64,000 nucleotides of DNA from positions 1-64,000 of IMG/VR virus record IMGVR_UViG_3300047548_000772, one strand, 5' to 3'. Shown here piece by piece: positions 1 through 10,762 of the stretch. The position numbers and the translations under genes were made by a program. Source of the DNA: a virus. The notes beneath the pieces are model-generated. The model was not told where the DNA came from. It was given only the letters and a program-made list of their open reading frames with translations, and searched no databases. Numbering within the stretch: the stretch's first letter is position 1; every line of letters starts with the position of its first letter.

Positions 1-42
1 GGGTGTGGTGTTGCTCTCAAAGAGCATTTTAATATCAAGTAA

Positions 43-585
43 ATGAGCAGAAAATACGACATATTTGATGACGTCCCATTGCCAGCAAAATTGCTGCTTA
101 TGGTTCTTTGCGGCATTATATGTTGTTGGGGATTTGTTACCAATGCAATCTTATTAGTGTTTGGTAGCAAAATTGGGTTTCCAATTCCTGTGGCATTATG
201 TGCAATTTCCAATAACAAAAAACAAATATTCTATGTAACTGCTTATACCATTGGACTGGTCCTGGTAGGCTTTGTATATTTTTCTGTGCAAGGCGGCGTA
301 ATCGATCCAGGCACAATTGCCCGTTACGGCCCAAGCATAACTGATTTTATTATTGCCCTGGGCATAGGCTTAACTCTAAGTTATTTTTGGAATCATTTGC
401 TTAGAACCAATTCTATTGTTATGTGCGCTGGTGTTGCTAGTTTGTTACCTGCTTGTATAATGACAGGATATCATTTGCACACAGGTAATGTGCTTGGTGC
501 CATTGACAGCATTATGTTGTACTTTGAGTATGTCGTTGGTATTTCCTTGGGTGTTGTTATACTAGAAAAACTTGGAATTAAATAA
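43..585 (+). CDS. membrane protein, possibly DUF389-like
   Basis: several hydrophobic helices; DFIIALGIG and VASLLP segments resemble DUF389. Confidence 0.45.
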   Translation: MSRKYDIFDDVPLPAKLLLMVLCGIICCWGFVTNAILLVFGSKIGFPIPVALCAISNNKKQIFYVTAYTIGLVLVGFVYFSVQGGVIDPGTIARYGPSITDFIIALGIGLTLSYFWNHLLRTNSIVMCAGVASLLPACIMTGYHLHTGNVLGAIDSIMLYFEYVVGISLGVVILEKLGIK

Positions 586-821
586 TGAGGCATGATTACT
601 GGTACTACGAGCCCGACGAAGGTTACTTTATGCGTCGAGCAAATATGCAACTTTTATGGTCGATTTGGCCACGGCGTTGTTATGCATCCAAAAAATGGTT
701 ATGCTTTTGTTTGGCATACCGCGCTAGACGCATAATTACTGGACCCGGGGAGCCTGTAATCGAAGATCGCTGGTTCGGCCAAGTCGAAGGGTTAATGCAG
801 TTAATTAAGGTAAATTCATAA
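585..821 (+). CDS. hypothetical protein
   Basis: TAATG coupling to upstream ORF. Confidence 0.6.
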   Translation: MRHDYWYYEPDEGYFMRRANMQLLWSIWPRRCYASKKWLCFCLAYRARRIITGPGEPVIEDRWFGQVEGLMQLIKVNS

Positions 822-1175
822 ATGACGTTTGAACAAATACTATTCGCTAGTGCTGCATGGGCAACACTTATTGCAATCGCATATAATCACTCAGGATTGA
901 AAAAGATCCGGGATTGTTATAAAATGTGGTTTACACGTGCGTATTGGACCGACTACAACATTGTAGAATTTGCATCCTGGGGTGCCAAGGCTGTTATTAT
1001 TGTGCCCGGTCTGATTTTTGGCATACAGTTGTGGTGGTTGTACTTTTTTACACTATGCACTAGCTTGTCGTTAATATGGGCTAGTAATAAAAAACTACTA
1101 CCAACTCTTGTGGGTTTTAACACGCTTTGGGTTTGGATTAGTTGTATGGTATTATCACAGCACCTTATTAAGTAG
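822..1175 (+). CDS. hypothetical membrane protein
   Basis: Trp-rich hydrophobic ORF in operon. Confidence 0.7.
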   Translation: MTFEQILFASAAWATLIAIAYNHSGLKKIRDCYKMWFTRAYWTDYNIVEFASWGAKAVIIVPGLIFGIQLWWLYFFTLCTSLSLIWASNKKLLPTLVGFNTLWVWISCMVLSQHLIK

Positions 1176-1183
1176 GAACTATT

Positions 1184-2290
1184 ATGAGTTATTTGTTTAC
1201 ATCAGAAAGCGTGTCAGAAGGACACCCAGATAAAGTAGCCGACGCTATTTCGGACGCAGTATTAGACTTGGTAATGGCGCACCAAGATCCTGCTATGCGC
1301 TGCGCATGCGAAACCATGGTTACCACAGACAACGTAATTGTTGCCGGCGAATACAAGGGCTTAGTGCTGCACCCAGAAGAAATTGAGTCGGCTGTGCGCA
1401 AAACAGTCAAACACATCGGCTACGAGCAAGATGGGTTTAACTGGCATACGCTTAGAGTTACTAACTTGTTGCACAGTCAATCCGCAGATATTGCGCTAGG
1501 TACAGACAACTTTGGTGCAGGTGATCAAGGACTTATGTTTGGTTATGCTACCAACGAAACAGAACACTACATGCCCGCAGCATTATACTGGAGCCATAGA
1601 ATACTACAAAAACTCGCAGAACTACGCCACACAGTAGATTTTGCTTGGTTAGGCCCAGATGCCAAAGCACAAGTAACATTTGAATATGATGAAGCAAATC
1701 GCCCAGTGAGTATTCGCAAAATTGTATGTTCAACACAACATCGCGACCATGTGCCCATTAATATTGTACGTGCAGTAGTAGAAGATATTATCACAGAATT
1801 ACTGCCCGCAGAATATATTATTCCGGGATTGACTGAGTTTTACATTAACCCAACTGGACGCTTTGTCATTGGCGGACCAGACGGTGACTGCGGACTTACA
1901 GGACGCAAAATCATTGTTGATACATATGGTGGATATGCTCCACACGGTGGTGGTGCGTTCTCTGGCAAGGATCCCACAAAGGTTGATCGTTCCGCAGCAT
2001 ACATGATGCGTTATATTGCTAAAAACATTGTGGCGTCAGGTCGGGCGCCATGGGCTACTTGCCAGGTCAGTTATGCCATTGGCGTCGCAGATCCTATGAG
2101 TTTTTACGTTGAAACCGAAGATAGTGATTTATCGCGTGAGTTAACCAATTGGGTTGCACAGCATGTAGATCTGACACCCAAGGGCATCATTGATCGTTTT
2201 AATCTTTTCCGCCCAATTTATTCATTAACTACTAATTACGGACACTTTGGTAAACCCGATTTACCATGGGAAAAGGTAGATTTATTCTAA
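1184..2290 (+). CDS. metK: S-adenosylmethionine synthetase
   Basis: FTSESVSEGHPDK, GAGDQGLMFGYA, GGGAFSGKDPTKVDRSAAY motifs. Confidence 0.98.
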   Translation: MSYLFTSESVSEGHPDKVADAISDAVLDLVMAHQDPAMRCACETMVTTDNVIVAGEYKGLVLHPEEIESAVRKTVKHIGYEQDGFNWHTLRVTNLLHSQSADIALGTDNFGAGDQGLMFGYATNETEHYMPAALYWSHRILQKLAELRHTVDFAWLGPDAKAQVTFEYDEANRPVSIRKIVCSTQHRDHVPINIVRAVVEDIITELLPAEYIIPGLTEFYINPTGRFVIGGPDGDCGLTGRKIIVDTYGGYAPHGGGAFSGKDPTKVDRSAAYMMRYIAKNIVASGRAPWATCQVSYAIGVADPMSFYVETEDSDLSRELTNWVAQHVDLTPKGIIDRFNLFRPIYSLTTNYGHFGKPDLPWEKVDLF

Positions 2291-2299
2291 GGAAGAATT

Positions 2300-2695
2300 A
2301 TGTTTGATTGGTTTAAAAAGAAACAGCCCGAGCCTGTAAAAGTAGAGCAGCCTAAAGAAGAACGCCGGCCAAAAAAGACTGCCAAAGAAATTGCCACCGA
2401 AAAGGGCGAACCCTACGTGGCTATACTAAGTTTGGATGTTGACCCTGATAATTTAAATGCTGGTGCATTTGAATTAGATTGGAACGATAAATTCGTAATG
2501 AATTTAATTCGTGCAGGTTATCAAGGCAGTCCCGATGATAAAGATTCTGACATTGTAGATCGTTGGTTTCAAAACGTGTGCCGTAATGTAGTCTTAGAAA
2601 CTTGGGAACAAGAGCAAGCAATAAATCCTGACCCAAATAGCCCACGTTATACACAATCACGTGATCTAGGCAACGGACGCAGAGAAGTAAGTTAA
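2300..2695 (+). CDS. hypothetical phage protein
   Basis: AAGGAAG RBS, operon context. Confidence 0.8.
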   Translation: MFDWFKKKQPEPVKVEQPKEERRPKKTAKEIATEKGEPYVAILSLDVDPDNLNAGAFELDWNDKFVMNLIRAGYQGSPDDKDSDIVDRWFQNVCRNVVLETWEQEQAINPDPNSPRYTQSRDLGNGRREVS

Positions 2696-3291
2696 TGCGC
2701 ATATTGGTTGCTGGCGACAGTTTTGCTGCTCAGTGGCCCGGTGAATATCTTGGGTGGAGCACGTTACTCAGTAATGACTATCAAGTAACAAATCGTGCAC
2801 AAGCAGGAGTAGGTGAATACAAGGTTTGGTTGCAATTAGCACAAGAAAACTTAAACAACTACGATTTAACCATTGTGTGTCACACTAGTGCATATCGTGT
2901 ATATGTACCCGAGCATCCTTTTCACAAACAAGGGCTACATAAAAACGCTGATTTAATCTACAGTGATGTTATGGCACGCCAGGATCACCCGGATCATCGG
3001 CATTTAGAATATTATTTCGAATCGATATTTGATTTAGACTATGCAGTAGACGTGCATAATCTAATCAAAGAGCGCATAATGTACTATACCATTGACAACC
3101 TAGTAATTCATTTAAGTTTTTTTCCTATACTTGACAATGAATTTGTTATTCGAAATGAATTAAATTTTCACGATATTTGGAAGCAACATCCCGGCGTAGT
3201 TAACCATTTAAGTGCAACGGGCAACGAATTAGTGTATAATAAACTCAAGGATCTAATCAATGAAACCCGAATTTCCACCCAAAACAATTAA
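2695..3291 (+). CDS. SGNH/GDSL-like hypothetical protein
   Basis: N-terminal ILVAGDSF, C-terminal NHLSATGN. Confidence 0.55.
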   Translation: MRILVAGDSFAAQWPGEYLGWSTLLSNDYQVTNRAQAGVGEYKVWLQLAQENLNNYDLTIVCHTSAYRVYVPEHPFHKQGLHKNADLIYSDVMARQDHPDHRHLEYYFESIFDLDYAVDVHNLIKERIMYYTIDNLVIHLSFFPILDNEFVIRNELNFHDIWKQHPGVVNHLSATGNELVYNKLKDLINETRISTQNN

Positions 3292-3496
3292 AATATACCA
3301 GTTAATCAGACGTAATGCTGATCAACTGTACTTTACAGCCGCAGGAACAATGCCCGTAAACAACAGCATCGGCGGGGGCTTTTATCTCACACGTGAAGAA
3401 GCCGAGCACCAGCGCACCTTAGAAGTTTTAAAGTCAAAAACAGCCGACGAGTATTACTTGTTTGAATTAGAAATTCCCAATCCAATTTTAAAATGA
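3260..3496 (+). CDS. hypothetical protein
   Basis: ORF overlapping upstream gene end. Confidence 0.65.
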   Translation: MKPEFPPKTIKIYQLIRRNADQLYFTAAGTMPVNNSIGGGFYLTREEAEHQRTLEVLKSKTADEYYLFELEIPNPILK

Positions 3497-3548
3497 TTCG
3501 AGCCCAACATAAATTATGTCAAACGTTGAGAATGTAATAAATACTTGT

Positions 3549-4223
3549 ATGAGTATAATTTACAAAACAACAAACACCAGTAATGGCAAAATTTATGTTG
3601 GCAAGGCAAAAATAAACGATCCAATGTACTTAGGATCTGGCATTATTCTTGCTCAAGCAATAAAAAAATATGGTCAGCAATCTTTTAAAAAAGAAGTACT
3701 AGAAGAATGTAACGATCATAATGTCGATGAGAGAGAAATATACTGGATTTCGAGACTCGACTCGACCAATCGCAAAATTGGATACAACATTGCATCTGGT
3801 GGCACCGGCGGAGACACTACTACACACCACCCCGATAAAAGTAGCATTATTAGTAAACGTGCACATGGCATAACATATTGGCATCAGACTCTGAGCGACG
3901 ACGAAAAAGAAAGAAGAAGTAAAAAAATTAGCAGTAGCAAAAAAGGAAAAAGCAACGGGCATGTTGGTTTTAAACACTCGGACCGAACTAAAGAGTTAAT
4001 AAGAAAAAATCAACCTAAAAAAACAGAAGTATGGCGGCAATCTCATGCTAGAGCAATGGCTAAACGAAGAGGGAAGCCATTTACACAGAAGTATAAACCT
4101 GTTATAATAAACGAAATCGAATATCCGTCAGTTAAACATGCTATGGAAGCATTAGGAATTCTGCACAGGGCAACTTTTTACAATCGTGTAAAAAAAGGAA
4201 TTATAACACTGGAATACAAATGA
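3549..4223 (+). CDS. GIY-YIG homing endonuclease (Seg-like, NUMOD3-type repeats)
   Basis: IIYKTTN...KIYVGK, catalytic E in DEREIYWI, GYNIASGG, KHSDRTKELI; ATAAATA at 3537. Confidence 0.9.
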   Translation: MSIIYKTTNTSNGKIYVGKAKINDPMYLGSGIILAQAIKKYGQQSFKKEVLEECNDHNVDEREIYWISRLDSTNRKIGYNIASGGTGGDTTTHHPDKSSIISKRAHGITYWHQTLSDDEKERRSKKISSSKKGKSNGHVGFKHSDRTKELIRKNQPKKTEVWRQSHARAMAKRRGKPFTQKYKPVIINEIEYPSVKHAMEALGILHRATFYNRVKKGIITLEYK

Positions 4224-4696
4224 ATATTTTTAGTAAAGTTAAAGATCTTAAAGTCGAAGGCAAGAAAATTGGCATCGTATTTTCGGCGTTTGATATGTTT
4301 CACGCTGGACATATTGCCATGCTCAGCGAAGCAAAGAACCACTGCGATTATCTTATCTGTGGCTTACAAACAGATCCCACAATTGATCGTCCAGAAACTA
4401 AAAACAAACCTGTTCAAAGTATTGTAGAACGTCAAATACAACTAGCAGCATGTCGCTATGTTGACGAAATTGTGGTATATCAAACCGAACAAGATCTACG
4501 CGACTTGCTGTTAATATTACCTGTGGATGTGCGCATCTTGGGTGTAGAATATGCCGACAAGCATTTTTCAGGGCTCGACGAGTGTTATCAACGTAACATC
4601 GAGTTGATATTTAATAGCCGCGATCACAGTTTTAGTTCTAGTAGCCTACGTAAACGTGTGGCCGAAGCAGAAACCCTAAAAGCACTAAAACAATGA
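4220..4696 (+). CDS. cytidylyltransferase (TagD-like)
   Basis: FDMFHAGH HIGH-type motif, RDHSFSSSSLR. Confidence 0.9.
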   Translation: MNIFSKVKDLKVEGKKIGIVFSAFDMFHAGHIAMLSEAKNHCDYLICGLQTDPTIDRPETKNKPVQSIVERQIQLAACRYVDEIVVYQTEQDLRDLLLILPVDVRILGVEYADKHFSGLDECYQRNIELIFNSRDHSFSSSSLRKRVAEAETLKALKQ

Positions 4697-5388
4697 TTGT
4701 ATATGTAAATGGTGACAGCCATGCTGCGGCTGCAGAATGTGTAAACCCACATGCATTTGCCGAAGATGATGAATTTTTATGGGGGCTAGGTCGTCGACCG
4801 CATCCTGATAATTTACGTGCGAGCTTTGGCTGCGAATTAGCCAATCACTTATATGCGCTGCTAGACTGTGATGCAGAGAGTGCCAGTTCAAATGCTCGTA
4901 TTATGCGTACCACACGCGAGTACTTGGCCCGTGGTAACCAGCCTGATTTAATTGTCGTACAATGGTCCACATGGGAACGTGAAGAATGGGATATTGATGG
5001 CACAATGTATCAAATAAATGCATCAGGTGTAGATGATATACCCGATAGTCATAATGAACAATATAAAGAATTTGTTGTAAATGTCAATTGGGCTGCTAAA
5101 ACTCAACAAGCACATCAAGACATTTGGGAATTCCATAATGAAATTAAGGATATTCCACATGTGTTTTTTAATGGCAATAATCATTTTGAGAGTATTTTAG
5201 ACCGTAAAGATTGGGGTGCAAGTTATATTGGACCGTACGATAGTACATTAACATTTGATTTTATCCTTAAAAATCAAGGGTTTAAAACAGTAAACCCAAA
5301 TTCCTGGCATTTTGGTCCAGATGCCCATTGCTTTTGGGGCGAATATCTGTTACAATACTGTATTGATAACGAACTAGTAAAACAATGA
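4693..5388 (+). CDS. SGNH-like hypothetical protein
   Basis: YVNGDSH, C-terminal WHFGPDAH. Confidence 0.55.
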   Translation: MIVYVNGDSHAAAAECVNPHAFAEDDEFLWGLGRRPHPDNLRASFGCELANHLYALLDCDAESASSNARIMRTTREYLARGNQPDLIVVQWSTWEREEWDIDGTMYQINASGVDDIPDSHNEQYKEFVVNVNWAAKTQQAHQDIWEFHNEIKDIPHVFFNGNNHFESILDRKDWGASYIGPYDSTLTFDFILKNQGFKTVNPNSWHFGPDAHCFWGEYLLQYCIDNELVKQ

Positions 5389-6389
5389 AATATCTACTAA
5401 TCGATACTGCTAACATGTTTTTCCGCGCACGTCACGTGGCTTATCGTGCAACCGACCCTTGGGAAAAGGTCGGCTATGCACTACACATCACACTGAGTTC
5501 AATTAACAAAGTGCATCGTGACTTTAAAGCAGATCACGTGGTATTTTGCTTAGAAGGGCGTTCGTGGCGCAAAGATGTTTACAAACCTTACAAAGCTAAT
5601 CGCGCCGAGGCTCGTGCTGCACTTACAGAAGCACAGCAAGAAGAAGACAAGATGTTTTGGGAAACCTACGATGCGCTGGTAACATACCTTGCTGACAAGA
5701 CTAACTGTAGTGTTATTCGCGAACCCAATGCCGAAGCTGATGACATTATTGCACGTTGGATTCATTTACATCCCAATGATCATCATATTATTGTTAGCTC
5801 AGACACAGACTTTGATCAATTAATTGCTGAAAATGTCGAACGCTATAATGGTATTTCGGGCGAATTAATTAATTTAAAAGGATATTTCGATGATAAAGGT
5901 CGAGCCATTACAGATAAAAAGACCAATGAGTTTAAGAAACTTCCGGACCCGAAGTGGATTCTTTTTGAAAAATGTATGCGCGGCGATGCGTCGGATAATG
6001 TATTTTCGGCTTATCCTGGTGTCAGAGTTAAAGGCACTAAGAATAAAACTGGACTCACTGAGGCATTTGCTGATCGAGAACATAAGGGTTATGCGTGGAA
6101 TAACTTAATGCTACAACGCTGGACTGATCACAACGGTGAAGAACATCGTGTGTTAGATGACTACAATCGCAACGTAAGCATTATTGACCTAACTGCGCAG
6201 CCCGAAGAAGTAAAGAATCGTGTGGATGCAGCAATAAAAGCACAAGTTAGTCACAAAGACTGTGGTCAAGTTGGTGCATACTTCATGAAATTTTGTGGTA
6301 AATATGAGTTGAACCGCGCTAGTGAAAACGCTAGTCAATACTCACAGTGGTTAAATGAAACATACAAAGGCGTGTTAAATGATAGTTGA
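5385..6389 (+). CDS. 5'-3' exonuclease / T4 RNase H-like flap nuclease
   Basis: LLIDTAN, EADDII, SSDTDFDQL, RGDASDNV. Confidence 0.92.
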   Translation: MKYLLIDTANMFFRARHVAYRATDPWEKVGYALHITLSSINKVHRDFKADHVVFCLEGRSWRKDVYKPYKANRAEARAALTEAQQEEDKMFWETYDALVTYLADKTNCSVIREPNAEADDIIARWIHLHPNDHHIIVSSDTDFDQLIAENVERYNGISGELINLKGYFDDKGRAITDKKTNEFKKLPDPKWILFEKCMRGDASDNVFSAYPGVRVKGTKNKTGLTEAFADREHKGYAWNNLMLQRWTDHNGEEHRVLDDYNRNVSIIDLTAQPEEVKNRVDAAIKAQVSHKDCGQVGAYFMKFCGKYELNRASENASQYSQWLNETYKGVLNDS

Positions 6390-7377
6390 TCGTGCTAAAT
6401 TTCTAAATTTAGTTTGCCAAGAAAAAATTTCTTGCTCAACAAAGTCATACTCTGACACCCTTTTATTCTATTACCTAGGTTATCTAGCTGCACAGCAAGC
6501 AGGAGATCTATTGGAAATAGGTGTTGGCGGCAGCACTTATGCACTAACAGAACTGTCCGAGCTAACACAAAAAACATTTTATATAGTAGATCAATCAATT
6601 GAGCGTTCTGCCATTTACACAGCCAACGAACATTGGCCCAATTCTAAATTAACAACAATCCTTGACGACAGTAGAAATTTGCACCAACGCACTAATATCA
6701 GTGCACTAGCATATTGTCATATTGATGGGGGCAAAGACTACGAAATTACAAAGTCCGATTTGGAGTTTTGCTTAAATCATTTAGCAGTCAATGGCATTAT
6801 ATGTCAAGACGACTATGGCAACAACAAATGGCCCACAGTAACCGACGCAGTAAAAGAACTTGAATACAACGACAAAATAAAGTTTGTTTTAGTTGGAGAT
6901 TCTAGTATTTGGATTACTTGCCCTGAGTACTACGATTATTGGATGAATTTACTAAAAAACGATTATGAATTTTTACTGCTCAGTGCACTATGTAATGTTG
7001 CTAGCTCAACACATCTAAACAAATATCCCGAGTATTTGCTGTTGCAATCTGCATATAACAAAAGCATAATCACTGATTACAACATAGACGAGCAAGATTA
7101 TTTTGATAAGCTTCTAAGCTGGTCAAATAGCAATTATTTAAAACTGCCGTATCCAAAACAAAGTACCCCCGGTACTATGATGCAGTATAATATTCACAGT
7201 GGTTATAGACTAACTACAATATACAACGACATACGAGGACAAGCATGGCCCGAGCAAGTCCCAGTATCCAAAGAAGATATTGAGTTGTTGCCCGATTGGG
7301 TCAAAGATGAACTTAAAAATATACATAATATTGATATATTTGATCGCATGGTAACTGTACCAGAAGGAGTAAGATAA
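6379..7377 (+). CDS. class I SAM-dependent methyltransferase
   Basis: LLEIGVGGST, HIDGGKDY, ICQDDY. Confidence 0.75.
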   Translation: MIVDRAKFLNLVCQEKISCSTKSYSDTLLFYYLGYLAAQQAGDLLEIGVGGSTYALTELSELTQKTFYIVDQSIERSAIYTANEHWPNSKLTTILDDSRNLHQRTNISALAYCHIDGGKDYEITKSDLEFCLNHLAVNGIICQDDYGNNKWPTVTDAVKELEYNDKIKFVLVGDSSIWITCPEYYDYWMNLLKNDYEFLLLSALCNVASSTHLNKYPEYLLLQSAYNKSIITDYNIDEQDYFDKLLSWSNSNYLKLPYPKQSTPGTMMQYNIHSGYRLTTIYNDIRGQAWPEQVPVSKEDIELLPDWVKDELKNIHNIDIFDRMVTVPEGVR

Positions 7378-7824
7378 ATGACAATTCTAGCAAAACCAGT
7401 GGTAGCAAACAAGTATTGGATTCTCAAAGACGGCGACCAAAAGGTTGGTACAGTAGAGTCCAGTGCCAATGGATTTCGCGTAACAATTAAAAACGATAGT
7501 GCTGAATTTAAAACAATTAAAACACTGGCTAATAAGACCAATATTCGTTTTGAAGAAGCACCAGAGAAAAAGAAAGTCGACGCTACTTGGCAAGTCAATG
7601 GTTTTGCCACGGATTCGCAGCCATTTAATGCAGTTTACGATGTACAACGTAGACTACCAATGTACACTACCAAGCGCAAGTCTAAGTCATGGTACTGCGC
7701 TGGTTGGTATCAAATTTGCCTAGACGGGCAATGGGTTACCATGAACTGCCCTAAGTTAATTTTACTACAACGTTATGAATATCGCGGCCCTGCACACTCT
7801 GCAGAAGGCTTTAAGTATGAGTAA
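7378..7824 (+). CDS. hypothetical phage protein
   Basis: ORF track, operon context. Confidence 0.8.
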   Translation: MTILAKPVVANKYWILKDGDQKVGTVESSANGFRVTIKNDSAEFKTIKTLANKTNIRFEEAPEKKKVDATWQVNGFATDSQPFNAVYDVQRRLPMYTTKRKSKSWYCAGWYQICLDGQWVTMNCPKLILLQRYEYRGPAHSAEGFKYE

Positions 7825-8020
7825 TTTATACATTCGTAAGTTCATCGAGCGTCTTGAACACTTAGAAGCACGTGGTCAAAAAGACTTTAATTGTTCTATT
7901 CAAGACGCTCGCCGACTGCGCTCAGAATTAACCACGTTGTTGTTAGATCTCGAAGAACTGCGTCGTACAGCACCGCTCAACGAGATTATTCATGTCGATA
8001 TCGCTGGCAGCTCATTTTAA
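7817..8020 (+). CDS. hypothetical protein
   Basis: ATG overlaps upstream stop. Confidence 0.7.
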   Translation: MSNLYIRKFIERLEHLEARGQKDFNCSIQDARRLRSELTTLLLDLEELRRTAPLNEIIHVDIAGSSF

Positions 8021-8060
8021 TCTAGGTATATTATGGCATAAATAATCTTGAGAGATTATT

Positions 8061-8357
8061 ATGAGCCGACCTAAACCACAAGTGTTAGTTGAACTAACTA
8101 ACAAGACTACTTACAAAACTGAGCAAGTGCTACAGTCCGAAGGCATTTGGGCTGTGTACTTTGATGACCAACCTATTAACCTAAAGACCAGTAATTATCT
8201 AGTGCAGTATCCTGGTCCTAAGTATAAAAAAGTATCGTTTAGCAACAAGGGTCACGCAATTAACCTATGTAGAAAACTTAACGTCCAATTTAAAACCGAC
8301 AAATTCTCGGTTGTACTATTAAAAGCCGGGGAAAAGATATACCCCGATGCGAAATAA
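8061..8357 (+). CDS. hypothetical phage protein
   Basis: ATAAATA at 8038, GAGAG RBS. Confidence 0.8.
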   Translation: MSRPKPQVLVELTNKTTYKTEQVLQSEGIWAVYFDDQPINLKTSNYLVQYPGPKYKKVSFSNKGHAINLCRKLNVQFKTDKFSVVLLKAGEKIYPDAK

Positions 8358-8721
8358 AACAGAAATTACCGAAGCCATACTCGAGCAACTGCCCGAGGAA
8401 ATTCGTCTAGGATTTAAAGATCTCGACGATGCTATAATGTATTTCTGGATGAATATACGCAACGACGGCGGCCTGCGTTTAACTCTAAACGGTTATAATA
8501 TATTAACTAAAATATTAAAAATGACCGGGTACGAAGTTGATATTAATCCCGCACACATAACCAAACGAACTATATTACAATTGGATCGTCAATTGTCGGC
8601 ACCTTACTACATTTCTGTTAAAAAGGCTGGCGCACCCAAAGTGGTGTTCTTTTCGAGTCGCGAAGCAATGATGGCTAGTTTATATGGCGATATTCGCAGT
8701 TGGTTAGAGCGTGGCCAATAG
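8347..8721 (+). CDS. hypothetical protein
   Basis: overlaps upstream gene end. Confidence 0.75.
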   Translation: MRNKTEITEAILEQLPEEIRLGFKDLDDAIMYFWMNIRNDGGLRLTLNGYNILTKILKMTGYEVDINPAHITKRTILQLDRQLSAPYYISVKKAGAPKVVFFSSREAMMASLYGDIRSWLERGQ

Positions 8722-9678
8722 TTGTTGCTGCGCACGTTCACGTAGGCTGTCTGCATAGCCAGTCATTAACCAATCAAAGTTATGTTGAGTTTGCTCATGT
8801 ACAGCATCAACGTCAATGTTACCGGTTAACACACTTAAATTACGTTCAATGGCCGAATTCAATCGTGTGCCATTGGATTCCGAGTCGTAGCTCAAGTCAA
8901 ATAAGTTTTCAAACGTGCGAAATCCACGGTCACGAATTTGTTGATGGATTCCGCGGTGCCCTATACACATAAACGGATGTTGTGCTGCAATGGCAAATAG
9001 TGTTTTTTCTGTGATAATCCCGCCGACATCTTGATATAAACTTTCAGTTACTACGCTTACACGACAATTTTGATAAGCAGGCAGCAATCTAACAAAGTTA
9101 TCTATGTTATCGAAGTTATAATTATCGTAGGGATGCCAAGGTAAAGGACTGTGTATGTTATGCGTAAGTAATCCTTTGGGTGTGTCTTTTAATAAATCGT
9201 AGACTTGATTGCGATGCTCGCGAGGTCGTCCATTTAAACATAGCCAATTATAAAAATAATTCTTATTAATAACATGCTGCCAATTGCTGTATTGTTCTTT
9301 TAATCCGTGTGCTATTTCAAAACTATGACTGGCAAATTCTACACATTTAATTGGTCCCGAATATATTGAATTTAAATCATGGTCCCAATGTACGAATATA
9401 ACCTTAGGCAAATATTCTGGTTTTAAATTTTCTTCTAACCAATATAATTCAACACATAAATCACCGTGAAAATGAACAAAATCTTGTGCATGAACAACCA
9501 ATCTAAAATTAGGTTTATTCCAGGGCAATTGATCGATATTATCCGGTAATGTTATTGTCCAACGACTTTCTATTATAGGACGCTGTAATGCACAGGGCAT
9601 AATAAAGCAATCTAAACCTGCGCCTTTTAACATATAGTGCAGGGTTTTGTTAAAGTTAGTAACTACATGGGTTGACAT
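8704..9678 (-). CDS. hypothetical protein, possibly polysaccharide/glycosyl-related
   Basis: WLCLNGRPREHR and ITEKTLFAIAAQHPF; similar motifs in 39523..40848. Confidence 0.65.
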   Translation of the reverse strand: MSTHVVTNFNKTLHYMLKGAGLDCFIMPCALQRPIIESRWTITLPDNIDQLPWNKPNFRLVVHAQDFVHFHGDLCVELYWLEENLKPEYLPKVIFVHWDHDLNSIYSGPIKCVEFASHSFEIAHGLKEQYSNWQHVINKNYFYNWLCLNGRPREHRNQVYDLLKDTPKGLLTHNIHSPLPWHPYDNYNFDNIDNFVRLLPAYQNCRVSVVTESLYQDVGGIITEKTLFAIAAQHPFMCIGHRGIHQQIRDRGFRTFENLFDLSYDSESNGTRLNSAIERNLSVLTGNIDVDAVHEQTQHNFDWLMTGYADSLRERAQQQLLATL

Positions 9679-9682
9679 TAGG

Positions 9683-9711
9683 TTGACTAGAAATTGTGTT
9701 TTTTGTATAAT
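9683..9711 (+). promoter_or_regulatory. sigma70-type promoter
   Basis: TTGACT-N17-TATAAT. Confidence 0.85.
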
Positions 9712-9763
9712 GTATGTATTCTAAATAGGAATCTAACCTTAAATAATAGTCTAAGAGACCAAA

Positions 9764-10219
9764 ATGGACATGCAATTCTTAAAGCGTTTCCCTAAATCAA
9801 AGCAGGAACAAATCTGCCAACTCATGGGCTATATCAGCCTACTGGGTGTTTCAGGCAAGGATTTGATCAGCATTGGTGGATATATCGAACGCTCAAAGAA
9901 AAAGGAACAAGCAGAACACATGCGTGATATTGCCTTGGGTTACAAACCACAGCATATTCGTGGTGACGCCGAAAGCCGCACTAACTTGTGCCGCCGTTTT
10001 AAAATCGAATATCAAGGTCGTTGGTATGCATTTGAAATGCGATATCATCGCGAATGGCAAATCACCAGCCGCCAAACTGGTAAGCGCATTACCCATCATA
10101 CTGCCTGGCGTGACTGGGGCACCTGGGCGCAACGCCGTGGTTATACTGCTCGCCTAGAGTTAACCATGTATGATGTTTTGCTAGACATCCACGATGGTCG
10201 CTTACAACTTAACTTTTAA
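9764..10219 (+). CDS. hypothetical protein
   Basis: first ORF after promoter. Confidence 0.75.
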   Translation: MDMQFLKRFPKSKQEQICQLMGYISLLGVSGKDLISIGGYIERSKKKEQAEHMRDIALGYKPQHIRGDAESRTNLCRRFKIEYQGRWYAFEMRYHREWQITSRQTGKRITHHTAWRDWGTWAQRRGYTARLELTMYDVLLDIHDGRLQLNF

Positions 10220-10229
10220 GGAAAATAAA

Positions 10230-10400
10230 ATGGCTGATATTAAAGCAGAAGTAGCAACACTAATGACCGAGCAAGGACTTGATCCTAAGAGCATTCCTCT
10301 AGACACAATGACCACCGGTGCGTTAGAAAGTGTAAAAGAGCATTTGGAAACACACGACAACGTTACTAGTATCAAAGTTCAACCTGGCAAGCGTATCTAA
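10230..10400 (+). CDS. small hypothetical protein
   Basis: AAGGA RBS before ATG 10230. Confidence 0.65.
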   Translation: MADIKAEVATLMTEQGLDPKSIPLDTMTTGALESVKEHLETHDNVTSIKVQPGKRI

Positions 10401-10566
10401 GGAATTCAAATGTACAAACTTCTCTTTGATGGCATGGTATTTCCGTTTAAAACATTGGACGAGGCTTTGCTGGCTAGTAAAAACCTTGTGGTTGAATGGA
10501 CTATACTTGATCCTCAAGGAGAAGTTGCATTTGATTGGGTAGATCGCGTAGGCCCCTAAGGAGAGT

Positions 10567-10755
10567 ATGATGCGTGAAGATCTAATGGAAGCAGTATTGC
10601 AAGGCACAGCAAGTCCTAGATTGCTTACTGATGCTGAACTCGACGAACTTGTTCGTCGCTGCGACAAAATTGTATTTGATGCTGCTATAGAAACAGCATA
10701 CCAACATAACCCCGCACAAACATTCAGCGGAACCACTAACCCTACTATACACTAA
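10567..10755 (+). CDS. small hypothetical protein
   Basis: AAGGAG RBS. Confidence 0.65.
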   Translation: MMREDLMEAVLQGTASPRLLTDAELDELVRRCDKIVFDAAIETAYQHNPAQTFSGTTNPTIH

Positions 10756-10762
10756 CAAACCA